Source: a phage | Sequence record: PZ295659.1 | Reading direction: 5' to 3' (one strand) | DNA length: 64,000 bases | Shown: positions 1 through 9,577 of the stretch, piece by piece | Layout of the letters: the number at the start of each line of letters is the position of its first letter | How positions within the stretch are numbered: position 1 is the stretch's first letter | Made by a program: the position numbers and the translations under genes | The notes under the pieces: generated by a model | Told to the model about the DNA's origin: nothing | What the model saw: only the letters and a program-made list of their open reading frames with translations | The model's database searches: none

Positions 1-1
1 T

Positions 2-2497
2 GTTATTGCTCTTGCTTCTCAAGAGCAAGCAAATGTCGATTTAGAAAATGCTCCTGGTAAAGAACTGGCTATTACTCCGGAAACATTAGCAAATCGTACA
101 GCAACTGAAACTCGTCGTGGTATTGCTCGTATTGCAACAACTGCACAAGTTAACCAGAATACCGATTTTGCATTCCAAGACGACTTGATTATTTCTCCTA
201 AGAAATTGAACGAACGTACAGCAACTGAAACCCGTAGAGGTGTTGCTGAAGTTGCAACTCAGGCTGAAACTAATGCTGGAACAGATGACACCACTATTAT
301 TACTCCTAAGAAATTGGATGCCCGTCAAGGTTCTGAAGTTTTATCCGGTATTGTAAAATACACATCTACGACTGGTACTACAGCTGCTACTATTCGCGGT
401 AATGCTGGGACTAACGTTTATAACAAAGCCGTAGATAATTTAACTATTTCTCCAAAGGCTCTTGACCAGTATAAAGCTACCCCTACTCAGCAGGGTGCAG
501 TAATTCTTGCTATTGAAAGTGAAGTTATCGCTGGCGAATCACAAGCCGGTTGGGCTAATGCTGTAGTGACCCCTGAAACTCTGCATAAGAAAACTTCTAC
601 TGATGGACGTATTGGTTTAATTGAAATTGCTACGCAAGCAGAAACTAACACTGGAACTGATTATACTAGAGCAGTAACGCCTAAGACGTTAAATGATAGG
701 AGAGCGACGGAAGGATTATCCGGCATAGCCGAAATTGCTACGCAAGTTGAATTTGATACTGGAACTGACGATACTCGTATCTCGACTCCACTGAAAATTA
801 AAACTCATTTTGATTCTTCTGACCGTACCAGTGTTAATTCTGATTCCGGACTTATTGAAGAAGGAACCTTGTGGAACCATTATACTCTTGATATTTCTAA
901 AGCAAATGAAACACAACGTGGTACACTTCGCGTAGCGACCCAGGCAGAATCTAATGCGGGAACTTTAGATGATGTTCTTATTACTCCTAAAAAGCTTTTA
1001 GGGACTAAGTCCACTGAAACGTCTGAAGGCGTGATTAAGGTTGCTACTCAGGCTGAAACTGTAACAGGAACTTCTGCTAATACTGCTGTATCACCTAAGA
1101 ATTTAAAATGGATTGTTCAATCGGAACCATCCTGGACTGCTACTACGGCAATTCGTGGATTCGTTAAAACTTCATCTGGTTCTATTACATTTGTCGGTGA
1201 CGATACTCAAGGTAATACCCAGGATTTGAATCTTTATGAGAAAAATAGTTATGCTATTTCTCCATATGAATTAAACCGTGTACTTGCTAACTACTTACCG
1301 TTGAAAGCTAAAGCAGCTGATAGTAATTTGTTAGATGGTCTAGATTCTCTTCAGTTCATCCGTAGAGACATCGACCAGACGGTTAATGGTTCTTTAAGTT
1401 TTACTAAACAGACCAACCTGAGTGCTCCTTTAGTATCTACAAGCACTGCTTCTTTTGGTTCCGAAGCATCTGTTACTCGTAGATTAACTCTTAATGACTC
1501 TAGCGGTTCCGAAATAATTTTCACTAAAGGAACCCAATCTCTTAGTAATAAAGAGAATTTCGTTGTTAGAGCATGGGGTAATAGCGCTACAGATGGTGCC
1601 CGTGACACAGTATTTGAAGCGGGTGACGAAACCGGATACCATTTCTATTCTCAGCGCGCTGCTGATAATAGAGTATCATTCAATATTAATGGAACACTTT
1701 ATTCAACAGGTATTGTTTCTACAAATGGATTAAATGTTACAGGTGTTTCTACCTTTACCGGGCCTATTAGTGCTACAGGCGAAATTGTTTCTAGTTCTCC
1801 TATTGCATTCAGAGCTATTAACGGTAACTATGGTGTTATGCTTTATAATGCTGGTAACAGTTCTTATATTGCATTAACTAACTCAGGTGACCAGACCGGG
1901 ACGTTTAATAACTTACGCCCGATCACGATTAACAATGCCACAGGATTAGTTCGTCTTGACAACGGTGTTCAAATCACAAGTGGTGCAACAATAACTACCG
2001 GTGGGTTAACTGTAAATAACAGAATTATTTCTAATGGCGTTAAAACTGCCACTGTTTATACCGATAAACCAACAGCTTCTACTGTAGGTTTTTGGTCTAT
2101 TGACATTAACGATTCTGCTGTATATAGCCAATTCCCTGGATACTGGACGCGTGATAACAAAGGTAACCGTGACCAAGAAATTAAATATCCTGGTACTTTG
2201 ACTCAATTCGGTAATAGCTTAGATTCGCTTTATCAGGATTGGATTTGTTATCCTACAGGTGCAAATGGCGGTAGTATTCGTTATACTCGTACCTGGCAGA
2301 AAAATAAAGATGCTTGGACTTCATTTGCAATGGTATTTGATAGTGGCAACCCACCTTCACCTAGCGATGTCGGTGCTATCCCATCTGATAATGCTGTTAT
2401 TGGAAACCTTACTATTCGAGACTTCTTACAATTAGGAAATGTGAGAATTGTTCCAGACCCGGTTAACAAAACAGTTAAATTTATATGGGTTGAATAA
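2..2497 (+). CDS. 34: Long tail fibre proximal subunit gp34, C-terminal part; frame is open from the window edge so the 5-prime end lies upstream
   Basis: No stop from nt 2 in this frame; degenerate ~35-aa repeats (ATQAE-N-GTDD...ITPKKL); followed by 35-36-37-38-t in T4 order. Confidence 0.8.
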   Translation, partial: VIALASQEQANVDLENAPGKELAITPETLANRTATETRRGIARIATTAQVNQNTDFAFQDDLIISPKKLNERTATETRRGVAEVATQAETNAGTDDTTIITPKKLDARQGSEVLSGIVKYTSTTGTTAATIRGNAGTNVYNKAVDNLTISPKALDQYKATPTQQGAVILAIESEVIAGESQAGWANAVVTPETLHKKTSTDGRIGLIEIATQAETNTGTDYTRAVTPKTLNDRRATEGLSGIAEIATQVEFDTGTDDTRISTPLKIKTHFDSSDRTSVNSDSGLIEEGTLWNHYTLDISKANETQRGTLRVATQAESNAGTLDDVLITPKKLLGTKSTETSEGVIKVATQAETVTGTSANTAVSPKNLKWIVQSEPSWTATTAIRGFVKTSSGSITFVGDDTQGNTQDLNLYEKNSYAISPYELNRVLANYLPLKAKAADSNLLDGLDSLQFIRRDIDQTVNGSLSFTKQTNLSAPLVSTSTASFGSEASVTRRLTLNDSSGSEIIFTKGTQSLSNKENFVVRAWGNSATDGARDTVFEAGDETGYHFYSQRAADNRVSFNINGTLYSTGIVSTNGLNVTGVSTFTGPISATGEIVSSSPIAFRAINGNYGVMLYNAGNSSYIALTNSGDQTGTFNNLRPITINNATGLVRLDNGVQITSGATITTGGLTVNNRIISNGVKTATVYTDKPTASTVGFWSIDINDSAVYSQFPGYWTRDNKGNRDQEIKYPGTLTQFGNSLDSLYQDWICYPTGANGGSIRYTRTWQKNKDAWTSFAMVFDSGNPPSPSDVGAIPSDNAVIGNLTIRDFLQLGNVRIVPDPVNKTVKFIWVE
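100..1090 (+). repeat. Degenerate tandem coding repeats (~105-120 nt units, at least 6 copies) inside gp34
   Basis: Recurring peptide blocks RRGIARIATTAQ / RGVAEVATQAETNAGTDD / IEIATQAETNTGTD / IAEIATQVEFDTGTDD / LRVATQAESNAGT / IKVATQAETVTGT each followed by (I/V)(T/S)PK-L. Confidence 0.7.
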
Positions 2498-2505
2498 GAG
2501 GTTAT

Positions 2506-3630
2506 ATGGAAAAATTTATGGCAAGGTTTGGACAGGGATACGTCCAAACGCCGTTTTTATCGGAAAGCAATTCAGTTAGATTTAAGCTAAGTATAGCGGG
2601 TTCATGCCCGCTTTCAACAACTAATCCGTATATTTTGTTCCAAGACGAGCCTTTAGGGTTGCAGTCTTTTGGTATTGGACTAAATGTTAGGGTGATAAAT
2701 CCGGAAAATGGAACTATAGTTGATAGTAAATTATACAATTTTGCGCCTACAAATAATGCAACTTCAGCTGCATTTATTTCGTTTGTTAATACATACGCAG
2801 ATAATTTCATTTTCGCATTTATTTCTAATAACAAATTTAATTTGCCGCCAGAAATAATTGAATGGTTTAAAGCTGCTGGGAGTTCAGTTATACCGTCAAT
2901 TGAAGTTGCTAGTCTTGTTGATATTTCATATTCAGCGTTTTATGTTTCAGGTAAAAATACTATTGCATTAGAACACATAAAATACAGTAATAAGAAAACA
3001 ATTTCTGATTACGCAACTCCATTAGATATTGTATATGACTCTATTGCTGATATAGGTGCTACCGGCTATCCTAGACGTACATATGAAGCTCTAGAAACGT
3101 TTTTATCTCCTGTTGGAAGAACTAACAATGAAATAAAAAGGATGCCTACATCATCCCTTGTTACTCCTATCGCAAACTATGGATTAAAGCCTACGGATTT
3201 TCTTTATTTGAAATTTCAATTAACGGCTGATGAAGAATTATTAGAGGAAGGAACCACAAGACTTTCAATTCGTTTCTTTAAGTCTCCATCTAGCTCTCCT
3301 ATATCATCTAAAGATATAAACTTTGATGGAACTGCCGGGGAGTGGAAGCTATATGAAGAATACGTTGAAATACCGGCTGAAGCTGATGGCTTTACAGTAT
3401 ATTGTTACCGTACGGCCTCAGTCGGTCAAGGTGGGCTAAGAAATGTTATTTTCACTGAAGTATCATGTAACGGAAGTATAGCAAAACCAGCCGAGTTTGG
3501 TATAAACGGTATTCGTGCTAATTACATTGATGAATCATTAACCGGTAATGATATAATGGACTTGCCTACTCAGTTATCTAACGACACAGGTAAGGTATTT
3601 GGGCAGGAATTTAAAGAGTACACAGAATAA
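2506..3630 (+). CDS. 35: Tail fibre hinge connector gp35
   Basis: 374 aa; N-terminus MEKFMARFGQGYVQTPFLSESNSV matches remembered T4 gp35; SD aagagg before ATG; synteny. Confidence 0.85.
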   Translation: MEKFMARFGQGYVQTPFLSESNSVRFKLSIAGSCPLSTTNPYILFQDEPLGLQSFGIGLNVRVINPENGTIVDSKLYNFAPTNNATSAAFISFVNTYADNFIFAFISNNKFNLPPEIIEWFKAAGSSVIPSIEVASLVDISYSAFYVSGKNTIALEHIKYSNKKTISDYATPLDIVYDSIADIGATGYPRRTYEALETFLSPVGRTNNEIKRMPTSSLVTPIANYGLKPTDFLYLKFQLTADEELLEEGTTRLSIRFFKSPSSSPISSKDINFDGTAGEWKLYEEYVEIPAEADGFTVYCYRTASVGQGGLRNVIFTEVSCNGSIAKPAEFGINGIRANYIDESLTGNDIMDLPTQLSNDTGKVFGQEFKEYTE

Positions 3631-3648
3631 AGGAGACTTCGGTCTCCT
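3631..3648 (+). terminator. Stem-loop AGGAGAC-UUCG-GUCUCCU followed by UUUU, directly after the gp35 stop
   Basis: Perfect 7-bp inverted repeat with UUCG tetraloop on the plus-strand transcript, then T-run. Confidence 0.55.
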
Positions 3649-3655
3649 TTTCGCG

Positions 3656-3663
3656 TATAAATA
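3656..3663 (+). promoter_or_regulatory. T4-type late promoter TATAAATA upstream of gp36
   Basis: Exact TATAAATA about 27 nt upstream of the gp36 ATG, with SD taaggag in between. Confidence 0.65.
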
Positions 3664-3689
3664 CTTTAATATTAATAAGGAGACACGAA

Positions 3690-4346
3690 ATGGCCGATTT
3701 AAAAGCCGGAAGTACAGTTGGTGGTTCCGTCATATGGCATCAAGGCAATTTTCCTTTAATGCCAGCTGGCGACGACATTCTATATAAAACATTTAAATTA
3801 TACACTGAATATAACAAGCCAAAAGCGGCTGATAACGATTTCGTATCTAAAGCAAATGGCGGGACATATCTCAAAAAGGTAATCTTTAACGAAGGTGTTG
3901 CAGTCAAAACAGCAGATGACCAAACGAATGGTATTTTTTCTGGTGGTGGTGACGCCGCGACATTCGACCAAACAAACATGGATATTGTTTCGTGGTATGG
4001 TATTGGGTTTAAAACATCTCAAGGTACAGGTGAAAGAACTGTTGTAATTGATACTCGCACCGGTAATATAAGTTCTAAAGGCGTTATTGAAGCATCTCAA
4101 TTCAGAGCCACAACGTTAGCACCTTTAAATAATTACGACCTTACTCGCAAAGATTATGTTGATAGTCAAATAAATACAGTTAATGCTAATGCAAACAGTC
4201 GTGTACTCCGTTCAGGAGATACGATGACCGGCGCGCTAACCGCCCCAAATTTTTTCTCACAGAATCCTGCATCTCAACCATCGCATGTTCCACGATTTGA
4301 CCAAATTGTTATTAAGGATTCTGTTCAAGATTTCGGCTATTATTAA
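3690..4346 (+). CDS. 36: Long tail fibre distal connector gp36
   Basis: 218 aa; MADLKAGSTVGGSVIWHQGNFPL... and C-terminal ...SQPSHVPRFDQIVIKDSVQDFGYY match remembered T4 gp36. Confidence 0.9.
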   Translation: MADLKAGSTVGGSVIWHQGNFPLMPAGDDILYKTFKLYTEYNKPKAADNDFVSKANGGTYLKKVIFNEGVAVKTADDQTNGIFSGGGDAATFDQTNMDIVSWYGIGFKTSQGTGERTVVIDTRTGNISSKGVIEASQFRATTLAPLNNYDLTRKDYVDSQINTVNANANSRVLRSGDTMTGALTAPNFFSQNPASQPSHVPRFDQIVIKDSVQDFGYY

Positions 4347-4354
4347 GAGGACTT

Positions 4355-7300
4355 ATGGCTACTTTAAAACAAATACAATTTAAAAGAAGCAAAACTGCAG
4401 GAGCACGTCCTGCTGCTTCAGTATTAGCCGAAGGTGAATTGGCTATAAACTTAAAAGACCGTGTACTTTTTACCAAAGATGACCAAGGAAATATTATTGA
4501 TCTGGGTTTTGCTAAAGGTGGTAGTATTGACGGGAATGTTATTCATACTGGCAATTATAACCAGACTGGCGATTATACTTTAAATGGCACCTTCACTCAG
4601 ACAGGTAATTTTAATTTAACTGGTATTGCTCGAGTAACTCGCGATATTATTGCCGCCGGGCAGATTATGACCGAAGGCGGAGAACTTATTACAAAAAGTT
4701 CAGGTACAGCACATGTTCGTTTTCATGATTCAGCTGATCGTGAACGTGGCATTATTTACGCACCGGCTAATGATGGATTAACTACGCAAGTAGTTAATAT
4801 CCGCGTTCAAGACTACGCCGCTGGTGATGAAAGCACCTATGCATTTTCAGGCAGTGGTCAATTTACTTCACCTGAAGTATCGGCATGGAAATCTATGTCA
4901 ACTCCTCAGATTTTGACTGACAAAGTCATTACAGACGGGAAGAAGGCCGGTGATTATGACATCTATTCATTAGCAAATAATAATTCTAACACAGATAAAA
5001 ATAATTTACGTGTCGTACGTACCGACCCAGCGGCCGCAATGCTCCATGAAATTTGTGAAAATAACGGTATCAGTTGGTATTCCGGTTCAACCCCTACTGA
5101 TTATATGTTGTCTTTTGCTTATTCCGGTGGTTTTCAAGCAGGTCATTCGATTGCAGTAGGTATGGAATCAGGGCCTTTGACATATTCAACCTTAGGTAAA
5201 GGTTCTATTGTTCTTGGTGATAATGATACTGGGCTAAAATGGCATCAGGATGGATATTATTTCAGCGTCAATAATGGAACGAAAACATTTTTATTTAGCC
5301 CTAGCGAAACAACTAGCCTAAGAAAATTTGTAGCTGGATATTCTACTAGCGGAACCGATTTAACGACTCCTCCGACAGAAAACTACGCATTAGCCACTGT
5401 TGTTACTTACCATGATAATAACGCGTATGGAGATGGTCAGACTCTTTTAGGATATTATCAAGGCGGTAATTATCATCACTATTTCCGCGGTAAAGGTACC
5501 ACAAACATTAATACTCATGGCGGTTTGTTAGTGACTCCTGGTAATATTGATGTTGTTGGTGGTTCGGTTAATATTGACGGCCGCAACAATGCATCTACTC
5601 TGATGTTCAGAGGAAATACAACAGGATGGAGTTCAGTTGATAATATGACTATCAGCGTTTGGGGTAATACCTTTACTCATATTGATAGCGTCCGTAAAAA
5701 CGTAATGGAAATATCTGATGCCACTAGCTGGATGAGCTATATTCAAAGACTTACTACTGGTGAAGTAGAAATGAACGTCAATGGTTCATTTGAATCATAC
5801 GGTGTTACTGCTGGAAATAGTGGAGTTCACACAACAGGCGAAATTTCATCTGGAGCAGTGAATGCTCTTCGTATTTGGAACGCAGATTATGGAGCCATTT
5901 TTAGACGTTCAGAAGGAAGTCTTCATATTATTCCAACTGCTTATGGTGAAGGTAAACATGGTGATATCGGTCCACTTCGCCCGTTTAGTATGGCTTTAGA
6001 TACCGGTAAAGTTACTATTCCAGATTTACAATCAAGTTATAATACGTTTGCTGCTAACGGTTATATTAAATTTACTGGTCATGGCGCAGGCGCTGGTGGT
6101 TATGACATTCAATATGCTCAAGCGGCTCCTATTTTCCAGGAAATTGATGATGATGCTATAAGCAAATATTATCCTATTGTTAAACAGAAGTTTTTAAATG
6201 GTAAAGCCGTTTGGTCTTTAGGTACTGAGATTAGTTCAGGTACATTCGTTATTCATCATCTGAAAGAAGATGGTTCACAAGGCCATACGTCTCGTTTTAA
6301 TCAAGACGGTACTGTTAACTTCCCGGGTAATGTTCTGGTCGACGGTGATATTAACATGAAAGGCGTGATGACTTTTGACGCCGGACGTTTAGGATCACGA
6401 GATTATTTTAAATTTAACCATTGGGGTGATAGTAATAATGCTCGTGATAACATCATCCAGTTAGAAGATAGTCAAGGCGCTCATTTTTCCACTGAACGTA
6501 CTTTAGCGACAGGTGCAATTAAAACTCGTTTCTTTGGCGAAACATTTACTGATGGTACATTATACCTAAATCAGATGAATAATAGCTCTGAACGATTCCA
6601 TATCAATAATTGGGGAAATTCAGAAGCTGGTCGCGCGGCAGTGATGGAAGTCGGTGATTCCAAAGGTTATCACTTCTATACTGAACGCAGGACAGATAAC
6701 AGTTTGAATTTTGATGTTGGTGGCAATTTTACTGTGCATGGACCTAGCGGGATCACTATCAAAAACTCTGCTGGCGCTCGCCACATCTGGTTTAGAGATG
6801 ATAGCGATGCAGAAAAGGCTGTTATCTGGGCTACAGATGATGGTATTTTACATATACGAAATAATCATGGGGGTCCATTTAGTCATCACTTCCAGGGTGC
6901 AATGATTCTAGCGGGAGAGCGTGTTCCATATAATAGTGAATACGCTCTTATCCGTGGTAATATTTCCGGTGGTGCATGGGTAGACTGGCGAGATCGTCCG
7001 GCTGGATTGTTGGTAGACTGTCAGGACTCACGAAATCAAGCATATAACATTTGGAAAGCTACTCATTGGGGCGAACAGCACATTGCGGCGATGGGTGTTC
7101 ATGCTGGTGGCGGTAATCCTCATGTTGTATTGCATGTTGGTGGGAGTGATTATGCATTTGGATTTAACGGTGATTTTACTGCTGGCGCTGCTGTATATTG
7201 TAACGACGTTTATATTCGTTCTGACCGTCGTCTGAAAATTAATGTTGAAGACTACGAAGAGAATGCGGTAGATAAGGTAAATAAACTCAAAGTTAAAACC

Positions 7301-7573
7301 TATGATAAAGTTAAATCTCTTTCTGACCGCGAAGTTATCGGCCATGAGATTGGTATTATCGCACAGGATTTGCAAGAAGTATTACCGGAAGCTGTTAGCA
7401 CTTCTAGTGTCGGATCTCAGGATAACCCAGAAGAAATTTTAACAATTTCTAACTCTGCTGTGAACGCGCTTTTAATTAAGGCCATTCAGGAAATGAGCGA
7501 AGAAATTAAAGAATTGAAAACGCCTCTCTTTACTAAAATTGCTCGCAAAATTAGTAAATATTTTAAATTCTAA
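4355..7573 (+). CDS. 37: Long tail fibre distal subunit gp37 with C-terminal intramolecular chaperone domain
   Basis: 1072 aa; N-terminus MATLKQIQFKRSK...AASVLAEGELAINLKDR as in T4 gp37; C-terminus carries SDRRLKINVEDY and GIIAQDLQEVLPEAV. Confidence 0.9.
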   Translation: MATLKQIQFKRSKTAGARPAASVLAEGELAINLKDRVLFTKDDQGNIIDLGFAKGGSIDGNVIHTGNYNQTGDYTLNGTFTQTGNFNLTGIARVTRDIIAAGQIMTEGGELITKSSGTAHVRFHDSADRERGIIYAPANDGLTTQVVNIRVQDYAAGDESTYAFSGSGQFTSPEVSAWKSMSTPQILTDKVITDGKKAGDYDIYSLANNNSNTDKNNLRVVRTDPAAAMLHEICENNGISWYSGSTPTDYMLSFAYSGGFQAGHSIAVGMESGPLTYSTLGKGSIVLGDNDTGLKWHQDGYYFSVNNGTKTFLFSPSETTSLRKFVAGYSTSGTDLTTPPTENYALATVVTYHDNNAYGDGQTLLGYYQGGNYHHYFRGKGTTNINTHGGLLVTPGNIDVVGGSVNIDGRNNASTLMFRGNTTGWSSVDNMTISVWGNTFTHIDSVRKNVMEISDATSWMSYIQRLTTGEVEMNVNGSFESYGVTAGNSGVHTTGEISSGAVNALRIWNADYGAIFRRSEGSLHIIPTAYGEGKHGDIGPLRPFSMALDTGKVTIPDLQSSYNTFAANGYIKFTGHGAGAGGYDIQYAQAAPIFQEIDDDAISKYYPIVKQKFLNGKAVWSLGTEISSGTFVIHHLKEDGSQGHTSRFNQDGTVNFPGNVLVDGDINMKGVMTFDAGRLGSRDYFKFNHWGDSNNARDNIIQLEDSQGAHFSTERTLATGAIKTRFFGETFTDGTLYLNQMNNSSERFHINNWGNSEAGRAAVMEVGDSKGYHFYTERRTDNSLNFDVGGNFTVHGPSGITIKNSAGARHIWFRDDSDAEKAVIWATDDGILHIRNNHGGPFSHHFQGAMILAGERVPYNSEYALIRGNISGGAWVDWRDRPAGLLVDCQDSRNQAYNIWKATHWGEQHIAAMGVHAGGGNPHVVLHVGGSDYAFGFNGDFTAGAAVYCNDVYIRSDRRLKINVEDYEENAVDKVNKLKVKTYDKVKSLSDREVIGHEIGIIAQDLQEVLPEAVSTSSVGSQDNPEEILTISNSAVNALLIKAIQEMSEEIKELKTPLFTKIARKISKYFKF

Positions 7574-7579
7574 CAACAA

Positions 7580-7597
7580 GGGGGAAATGCCCCCTTT
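7580..7597 (+). terminator. GC stem-loop (GGGGG-AAAUG-CCCCC) plus UUU after the gp37 stop
   Basis: 5-bp G/C stem with 5-nt loop and trailing TTT between gp37 and gp38; function (terminator or RNA stabiliser) not established. Confidence 0.35.
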
Positions 7598-7609
7598 GGA
7601 GTATAAATT

Positions 7610-8389
7610 ATGGCAGTAGTTGGAGTTCCTGGCTGGATTGGAAGTTCAGCCGTAAATGAAACGGGCCAGCGCTGGATGAGTCAAGCAGCTGGTCAATTAA
7701 GATTGGGTGTTCCTTGCTGGATGAGTCAATTTGCAGGTCGCTCAAGAGAAATTATTCACACACTTGGAGCAGACCATAACTTCAATGGTCAATGGTTCCG
7801 AGATAGATGTTTTGAGGCAGGTAGTGCACCTATAGTGTTTAATATCACCGGAAATTTAGTATCATATAGTAAAGATGTTCCTTTATTCTTTATGTATGGC
7901 GATACACCAAATGAATATGTTACTTTGAATATTCATGGTGGAGTTCATATGTGGGGACGAGGTGGTAACGGTACTGTAAACGGAAACCCGGGCACAAATG
8001 GCGGCGACGTAATCCAAAATGATATTGGCGGAAGACTTCGTATTTGGAACTATGGCGTTATTGCATCAGGTGGTGGCGGTGGCGGTGCAGTGTCATTACA
8101 GAATAGCTGGGCGCCAAATGCTACAGCAGGGGGCGGTGGTGGTAGACCATTTGGCATCGGCGGTGGCGGCGTTAATTGGCCGGGTGGTAATGCTAGTTAT
8201 GACTCCCCAGGCGGTGCCGGTTACACTTCCCAATTCGGCGGAGGCAATGGCGGTGATGCTGGAGGTCGTGGCGGAGATGGATGGGGTAATCACTTATCTA
8301 GATCTGGTGGTGGTGCTCCTGGCAGAGCAGTATTCGGAAGTTCACCGTCATGGGGTGCTACAGGCACAATCTACGGCTCCTGGATTTAA
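7610..8389 (+). CDS. 38: T2/T6-type tail fibre adhesin gp38 with glycine-rich motifs
   Basis: 259 aa; N-terminus [22 protein letters not shown]... and several poly-Gly blocks characteristic of T2-type gp38; SD ggag before ATG. Confidence 0.85.
   Translation: MAVVGVPGWIGSSAVNETGQRWMSQAAGQLRLGVPCWMSQFAGRSREIIHTLGADHNFNGQWFRDRCFEAGSAPIVFNITGNLVSYSKDVPLFFMYGDTPNEYVTLNIHGGVHMWGRGGNGTVNGNPGTNGGDVIQNDIGGRLRIWNYGVIASGGGGGGAVSLQNSWAPNATAGGGGGRPFGIGGGGVNWPGGNASYDSPGGAGYTSQFGGGNGGDAGGRGGDGWGNHLSRSGGGAPGRAVFGSSPSWGATGTIYGSWI
7954..8323 (+). repeat. Simple-sequence GGN (glycine codon) tracts within gp38
   Basis: Runs such as ggtggtggcggtggcggt and ggcggtggcggc encoding [20 protein letters not shown]; locally GC-rich in an AT-rich genome. 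Confidence 0.7.
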
Positions 8390-8407
8390 ACGATAATACC
8401 TCTCAAT

Positions 8408-8415
8408 TATAAATA
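8408..8415 (+). promoter_or_regulatory. T4-type late promoter TATAAATA upstream of holin t
   Basis: Exact TATAAATA 22 nt upstream of the ATG at 8437, SD gggagagg in between. Confidence 0.65.
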
Positions 8416-8436
8416 TTGATAAATGGGAGAGGTAAT

Positions 8437-9096
8437 ATGGCAGCACCAAAAGTATCATTTTCGCCTAGTGATATTTTATTTGGGTTGCTAGACCGCATTT
8501 TCAAAGATAACGCCTCTGGAAATATTCTTATTTCAAGAGTTGCTGTTGTAGTTCTTTTGTTCCTAATGGCACTAATATGGTACAAAGGGAATATTTTTAT
8601 GGATTATTATGTGAGGTCTAAATATGATACTTACACAGAAGTAATTCAAAAAGAAAGAAATACACGATTTGAATCTGCGGCTTTAGAGCAACTACAAATA
8701 GTCCACGTCACATCAAGGGCGGATTTTAGTTCGGTGTATTCTTTCAGACCTAAAAATCTAAATTATTTCGTCGACCTTATTGCGTATGAAGGTAAGTTAC
8801 CTAGCACAGTAACTGAAAAATCTATGGGAGGATTTCCTGTTGATAAAACGACAGCAGAATATTCGGTCCATTTAAGTGGACTTCACTTTACTTCTAAAAC
8901 AGATTTTGCTTTCTTACCTACCAAATCAAAAACTCCGGAACTGGCGTATATGTATAGTTGTCCTTACTTCAATTTGGATAACATATATGCGGGAACTGTT
9001 TCTATGTATTGGTATAAGGGGTCGGATGTGTTAAATGAAGAACGCTTGGCTGCAATATGCAACCAAGCAGCAAGGATATTAGGGCGGGCTAAATAA
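8437..9096 (+). CDS. t: Holin t
   Basis: MAAPKVSFSPSDILFG..., single TM segment, C-terminus AARILGRAK matching remembered T4 holin; ATG at 8437 preferred over the upstream TTG at 8416. Confidence 0.9.
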   Translation: MAAPKVSFSPSDILFGLLDRIFKDNASGNILISRVAVVVLLFLMALIWYKGNIFMDYYVRSKYDTYTEVIQKERNTRFESAALEQLQIVHVTSRADFSSVYSFRPKNLNYFVDLIAYEGKLPSTVTEKSMGGFPVDKTTAEYSVHLSGLHFTSKTDFAFLPTKSKTPELAYMYSCPYFNLDNIYAGTVSMYWYKGSDVLNEERLAAICNQAARILGRAK

Positions 9097-9369
9097 TTAG
9101 TTGTTAGAATACATCGTCAAATGGCGATAAATATTTTCAAAACCTTCATTGAATTCACTAATCAGTGTTTTCTTTTCTTCGGCAGTTAAATTTGTAATTA
9201 GTTTTCTGAACGAATTCTGATTTAGCTGCCGACCATCTTTTTTAATTCCAATCTCATTCAAGAAACCGATGAAACTTGCTCGGTCTTCAACAATATCTTC
9301 CCTAGAGAATTTAATCAAAATAGAAGCAATAGTAATAATTTCACGTACGATTTCAATGTCTTTATTCAT
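9097..9369 (-). CDS. asiA: Anti-sigma70 factor AsiA
   Basis: 90 aa; MNKDIEIVREIITIASILIKFSREDIVE... closely matches remembered T4 AsiA. Confidence 0.9.
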   Translation of the reverse strand: MNKDIEIVREIITIASILIKFSREDIVEDRASFIGFLNEIGIKKDGRQLNQNSFRKLITNLTAEEKKTLISEFNEGFENIYRHLTMYSNN

Positions 9370-9415
9370 AACGTTTTATTCATTCCACTTAGTTGATATG
9401 GATATAGTACCATTA

Positions 9416-9577
9416 TCAGTGTTGATTGTAAACGGCTTTTTCTACGCTTTTAACGTAATTGGTGTAGTCTTCCTGTTCGTACGAGTGTAAGGCCAAGAAC
9501 GGAACTAATAGTTCATTATAGACTAAAGCCTCACGCTCACATTCGGCCTCTACTACGTTCTGAAGATTATGACTCAT
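9416..9577 (-). CDS. Hypothetical small protein (start taken at internal ATG with SD aagga)
   Basis: Six-frame ORF 9416..9631 trimmed to the ATG at 9577 to limit overlap with the upstream gene. Confidence 0.3.
   Translation of the reverse strand: MSHNLQNVVEAECEREALVYNELLVPFLALHSYEQEDYTNYVKSVEKAVYNQH

Noticed and set aside
86-328. Minus-strand 80-aa ORF overlapping the gp34 coding region
   Set aside because: Antisense to a well-supported tail-fibre gene, Cys/Ser-rich low-complexity translation, no SD.
7602-7609. TATAAATT immediately before the gp38 ATG as a possible late promoter
   Set aside because: One mismatch to TATAAATA and it abuts the start codon, leaving no room for a transcript start and SD; gp38 is more likely co-transcribed with gp37.
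8019-8396. Alternative-frame and antisense ORFs inside gp38 (8019..8396 plus, 8096..8293 minus)
   Set aside because: Artefacts of the GC-rich GGN repeat tract; translations are low-complexity and overlap the gp38 frame.
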